From positions 141,112,001 through 141,176,000 of the forward strand of contig OZ024743.1 of assembly GCA_964016885.1 (NCBI GenBank): 64,000 nt of DNA, in the 5' to 3' direction. Numbering within the stretch: position 1 is the first letter of the stretch; each line of letters starts with the position of its first letter. A model generated the notes under the pieces. It worked only from the letters and a program-made list of their open reading frames with translations. It was not told the origin of the DNA and ran no database searches. Positions 58,600 to 64,000 of this stretch are shown piece after piece. A program made the position numbers and the translations under genes. This DNA is from Eledone cirrhosa (Eukaryota).

Positions 58600-61500
58600 C
58601 AAGCACCAAACACCAAGCACCAAGCACCAAGCACCAAGCACCAAGCACCAAACACCAATCACCAAGCCCGAAGCACCAAACACGAAGCACCAAGCACCAA
58701 ACACCAAACACCAAGCACCATGCACCCAGAACCAAGCACCAAGCACCAAACACCAAGCACCAAGCACCAAGCACCAAACACCATACACCAAGCACCAAGC
58801 ACCAAACACCAAAAACCAATCACCAAGCACCAAAGAGCAAACACCAAGCCCCAAGCACCAAACACCAAACACCAAACACCAAACAGCAAACACTAAACAC
58901 CAAACACCAAACAGCAAACACGAAACACCAAATAGCAAACACCAAACACCAACCAGGAAACACCAAACAGCAAACACCAAACAGCAAACGCCAAACAGCA
59001 AACATAAACAGCAAACACCAAACACCAAGTACCAAGCACCAAGCACAAAACACCAAGCAACAAGCGCCAAGCACCAAACACCAAACACCAAACACCAAAC
59101 AGCAAACACCAATCACCAAACACCAGACACCAAACACCAAACAGCAAACACCAAACACCAAACAGCAAACACCAAACACCAAACACCAAACAGCAAACAC
59201 GAAACAGCAAACACCAAACAGCAAACACCAAACAGCAAACACCAAACAGCAAGCACCAAACACCAAACACCAAACACCAAGCACCAAGCACCAAACACCA
59301 AGCACCAAGCAACAAGCACCAATCACCAAGCACCAAGCACTAAACACCAAACACCTAGCACCAAGCACCAAGCACCAAACACCAAGCACCAAGCACCAAG
59401 CACCAAACACCAAGCACCAAAGACCAAGCCCCAAATACCAAGCACCAAGGACCAAACACCAGTCACCAGGCACCAAGCACCAAACACCAACAACCAAGCA
59501 CCAAGCACTAAACACCAAACACCAAGCACCAAGCACCGAACACCAAACACCAAGCACCAAGTACCAAACTCCAAACACCAAACACCAAGCACGAAGCACC
59601 AAATCCCAAGCACCAAACACCAAGCACCAATCAACAAACACCAAACACCAAGCACCAAGCACCAAACACCAAAAACCAAGCACCAAGCACCAAGCACCAA
59701 ACACCAAACACCGAACACCAAGTACCAAGCACCAAACACCAAGCACCAGGCGCCAAAGACCAAACACCAAGCACCAAGCACGAAACACCAAGCACCAAGC
59801 ACCGAGCACCAAACACCAATTACCAGGCACCAATCAACAAACACCAAGCACCAAGCACCAAATACCAGACAGCAAGCACCAAGCACCAAACACCAAACAC
59901 CAAGCACCAAGCACCAAACACCAAGCACCAAGCGCCAAACACCAAACACCAATCACCAAGCACCAAACACCAAGCACCAACCACCAAGCACCAAACACCA
60001 AGCACCAAGCACCAAACACCAAGCACCAATCACCAAACAGCAAACACCAAGCACCAAACACCAAACACCAAGCACCAAGCACCAAACACCAAGCACCAAG
60101 CACCAAACACCAAGCACCAAGCACCAAACACCAAAAACCAATCACCAAGCACCAAAGAGCAAACACCAAGCCCCAAGCACCAAACACCAAACACCAAACA
60201 CCAAATAGCAAACACTAAACACCAAACACCAAACAGCAAACACAAAACACCAAATAGCAAATACCAAACAGCAAACACCAAACACCAAACAGCAAACACC
60301 AAACACCAACCAGGAAACACCAAACACCAAGCACCAAACACCAAGCACCAAGCCCCAGGCACCAAACACCAAGCACCAAGCACCAAACACCAAGCACCAA
60401 GCACCATGCACCAAACACCTAGCACCAAGCACCAAACAGCAAACACCAAACAGCAAACACCAAACACCAACCAGCGAACACCAAGCAGCAAACACCAAAC
60501 ACCAAGCACCAAGCACCAAACACCAAACACCAAGCACCAAGCACCACACACCAAATACCAAGCACCAAGCACTAAACACCAAACACCAAGCACCAAGCAC
60601 CAAGCACTAAACACCAAACACCTAGCACCAAGCACCAAGCACCAAACACCAAGCACCAAGCACCAAGCACCAAACACCAAGCACCAAAGACCAATCCCCA
60701 AATACCAAGCACCAAGCACCAAACACTAATCACCAGGGACCAAGCACCAAACACCAAGAACCAAGCACCAAGCACTAAACACCAAACACCAAGCACCAAG
60801 TACCAAACTCCAAACACCAAACAGCAAGCACCAAGCACCAAATCCCAAGCACCAAACACCAAGCACCAATCACCAAACACCAAACACCAAGCACCAAGCA
60901 CCAAACACCCAAAACCAAGCACCAAGCACCAAGCACCAAACACCAAACACTGAACACCAAGTACCAAGCACCAAACACCAAGCACCAAGCGCCAAAGACC
61001 AAACACCAAGCACCAAGCACGAAACACCAAGCACCAAGCACCGAGCACCAAACACCAAGTACCAGGCACCAATCAACAAACACCAAGCACCAAGCACCAA
61101 ATACCAGACAGCAAGCACCAAGCACCAAACACCAAACACCAAGCACCAAACACCAAACACCTAGCACCAAGCACCAAGCACCGAATCCCAAGCACCAAAC
61201 ACCAAGCACCAAGCACCAAGCACCAAGCACCAAGCACCAAACACCAATCACCAAGCCCGAAGCACCAAACACGAAGCACCAAGCACCAAACACCAAACAC
61301 CAAGCACCATGCACCCAGAACCAAGCACCAAGCACCAAACACCAAACACCAAGCACCAAGCACCAATCACCAAACACCAAGCACCAAGCACCAAGCACCA
61401 AGCACCAAACACCATACACCAAGCACCAAGCACCAAACACCAAAAACCAATCACCAAGCACCAAAGAGCAAACACCAAGCCCCAAGCACCAAACACCAAA

Positions 61501-64000
61501 CACCATACACCAAACAGCAAACACTAAACACCAAACACCAAACAGCAAACACGAAACACCAAATAGCAAACACCAAACACCAACCAGGAAACTCCAAACA
61601 GCAAACACCAAACAGCAAACGCCAAACAGCAAACATAAACACCAAACACCAAACACCAAGCACCAAGCACCAAGCACAAAACACCAAGCAAGAAGCGCCA
61701 AGCACCAAACGCCAAACACCAAACACCAAACAGCAAACACCAATCACCAAACACCAGACTCCAAACACCAAACAGCAAACACCAAACACCAAACAGCAAA
61801 CACCAAACACCAAACACCAAACAGCAAACACGAAACAGCAAACACGAAACAGTAAACACCAAACAGCAAACACCAAACAGCAAACACCAAACACCAAACA
61901 CCAAACACCAAGCACCAAGCACCAAACACCAAGCACCAAGCAACAAGCACCAATCACCAAGCACCAAGCACTAAACACCAAACACCTAGCACCAAGCACC
62001 AAGCACCAAACACCAAGCACCAAGCACCAAGCACCAAGCACCAAACACCAAGCACCAAAGACCAAGCCCCAAATACCAAGCACCAAGCACCAAACACCAG
62101 TCACCAGGCACCAAGCACCAAACACCAACAACCAAGCACCAAGCACTAAACACCAAACACCAAGCACCAAGCACCAAACACCAAACACCAAGCACCAAGT
62201 ACCAAACTCCAAACACCAAACACCAAACACCAAGCACGAAGCACCAAATCCCAAGCACCAAACACCAAGCACCAATCAACAAACACCAAACACCAAGCAC
62301 CAAGCACCAAACACCAAAAACCAAGCACCAAGCACCAAGCACCAAACACCAAACACCGAACACCAAGTACCAAGCACCAAACACCAAGCACCAGGCGCCA
62401 AAGACCAAACACCAAGCACCAAGCACGAAACACCAAGCACCAAGCACCGAGCACCAAACACCAATTACCAGGCACCAATCAACAAACACCAAGCACCAAG
62501 CACCAAATACCAGACAGCAAGCACCAAGCACCAAACACCAAACACCAAGCACCAAGCACCAAACACCAAGCACCAAGCGCCAAACACCAAACACCAATCA
62601 CCAAGCACCAAACACCAAGCACCAACCACCAAGCACCAAACACCAAGCACCAAGCACCAAACACCAAGCACCAATCACCAAACAGCAAACACCAAGCACC
62701 AAACACCAAACACCAAGCACCAAGCACCAAACACCAAGCACCAAGCACCAAACACCAAGCACCAAGCACCAAACACCAAAAACCAATCACCAAGCACCAA
62801 AGAGCAAACACCAAGCCCCAAGCACCAAACACCAAACACCAAACACCAAATAGCAAACACTAAACACCAAACACCAAACAGCAAACACAAAACACCAAAT
62901 AGCAAATACCAAACAGCAAACACCAAACACCAAACAGCAAACACCAAACACCAACCAGGAAACACCAAACACCAAGCACCAAACACCAAGCACCAAGCCC
63001 CAGGCACCAAACACCAAGCACCAAGCACCAAACACCAAGCACCAAGCACCATGCACCAAACACCTAGCACCAAGCACCAAACAGCAAACACCAAACAGCA
63101 AACACCAAACACCAACCAGCGAACACCAAGCAGCAAACACCAAACACCAAGCACCAAGCACCAAACACCAAACACCAAGCACCAAGCACCACACACCAAA
63201 TACCAAGCACCAAGCACTAAACACCAAACACCAAGCACCAAGCACCAAGCACTAAACACCAAACACCTAGCACCAAGCACCAAGCACCAAACACCAAGCA
63301 CCAAGCACCAAGCACCAAACACCAAGCACCAAAGACCAATCCCCAAATACCAAGCACCAAGCACCAAACACTAATCACCAGGGACCAAGCACCAAACACC
63401 AAGAACCAAGCACCAAGCACTAAACACCAAACACCAAGCACCAAGTACCAAACTCCAAACACCAAACAGCAAGCACCAAGCACCAAATCCCAAGCACCAA
63501 ACACCAAGCACCAATCACCAAACACCAAACACCAAGCACCAAGCACCAAACACCCAAAACCAAGCACCAAGCACCAAGCACCAAACACCAAACACTGAAC
63601 ACCAAGTACCAAGCACCAAACACCAAGCACCAAGCGCCAAAGACCAAACACCAAGCACCAAGCACGAAACACCAAGCACCAAGCACCGAGCACCAAACAC
63701 CAAGTACCAGGCACCAATCAACAAACACCAAGCACCAAGCACCAAATACCAGACAGCAAGCACCAAGCACCAAACACCAAACACCAAGCACCAAACACCA
63801 AACACCTAGCACCAAGCACCAAGCACCGAATCCCAAGCACCAAACACCAAGCACCAAGCACCAAGCACCAAGCACCAAGCACCAAACACCAATCACCAAG
63901 CCCGAAGCACCAAACACGAAGCACCAAGCACCAAACACCAAACACCAAGCACCATGCACCCAGAACCAAGCACCAAGCACCAAACACCAAACACCAAGCA
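58600..64000 (+). repeat. Divergent distal domain: tandem higher-order repeat of ~2645 bp (two copies plus the start of a third)
   Basis: Identical ORFs at offset 2645 (59631/62276, 60030/62675, 60406/63051, 60572/63217); offset 2631 and less identity upstream (58893/61524). Marker CCCGAAG at ~58667, ~61256, ~63901. Confidence 0.93.

Larger units (their letters stand above)
1..64000 (+). repeat. Heptanucleotide satellite array, consensus CACCAAR (about 9,100 units), single orientation, open at both ends
   Basis: Every line parses into CACCAAA/CACCAAG or 1-3 nt variants (CAGCAAA, CGCCAAA, CACCAAT, CCCCAAG, TACCAAR, CACCTAG, CACTAAA). The + strand is A/C-rich and T is rare. Unit number is 64000/7. 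Confidence 0.99.

Noticed and set aside
95-63990. Hundreds of long ORFs on both strands, resembling mucin-like or membrane proteins
   Set aside because: They overlap in all six frames with the same periodic peptide, have no non-repetitive domain or codon-position bias, and start and stop at sporadic variant units (TGCC, CACTAAA, CACCTAG).
1-64000. Resemblance of minus-strand GCTTGGTG to the E. coli Chi site GCTGGTGG
   Set aside because: Not an exact match, and nothing indicates a RecBCD context.
1-64000. Cyanobacterial STRR heptamer repeats or phase-variable bacterial SSRs
   Set aside because: Those are short tracts next to genes and have different consensus sequences; this array is gene-free for at least 64 kb.
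1-64000. G-quadruplex, i-motif or intrinsic curvature; 21 units = 147 bp nucleosome length
   Set aside because: Mostly GG doublets give at best weak two-tier G4s; AAA tracts 7 bp apart are out of helical phase; I saw no 147-bp periodicity, so that match is numerical coincidence.
1-64000. Pure sequencing or basecalling artefact
   Set aside because: Rare variants recur in the same order in copies many kb apart with nested divergence, which random error would not produce. Copy numbers of the near-identical duplications still need read validation.

Overview
The whole 64 kb window is one uninterrupted, head-to-tail tandem array (satellite DNA) of a 7-bp unit, consensus CACCAAR (CACCAAA/CACCAAG; minus strand TTTGGTG/CTTGGTG). 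It runs off both ends and keeps one orientation throughout. I see no unique sequence, credible gene, RNA gene, mobile element or CRISPR array. The many ORFs are artefacts: the unit has almost no stop codons, and because 7 is coprime with 3 every frame gives the same heptad peptide (TKHQAPS/TKHQTPN on +, VLGAWCL/VFGVWCL on -). The information lies in the order of variant units: (i) an A/G binary pattern; (ii) a recurrent CpG-rich 84-bp cassette with several subtypes; (iii) a ~462-665 bp module; (iv) nested duplications with periods of about 503, 1057, 1351, 1505, 1722, 2398, 2645, 5243, ~6550 and ~7015 bp; (v) two more divergent, cassette-free domains at ~2.75-5.0 kb (partly recopied at ~9.15-10.2 kb) and ~58.2-64 kb. 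This fits a heterochromatic or subtelomeric satellite with higher-order repeats expanded by recombination. Organism and function cannot be determined from the sequence, and I found no supportable new gene system. Boundaries were placed by eye and from offsets between matching ORFs, so they are approximate.
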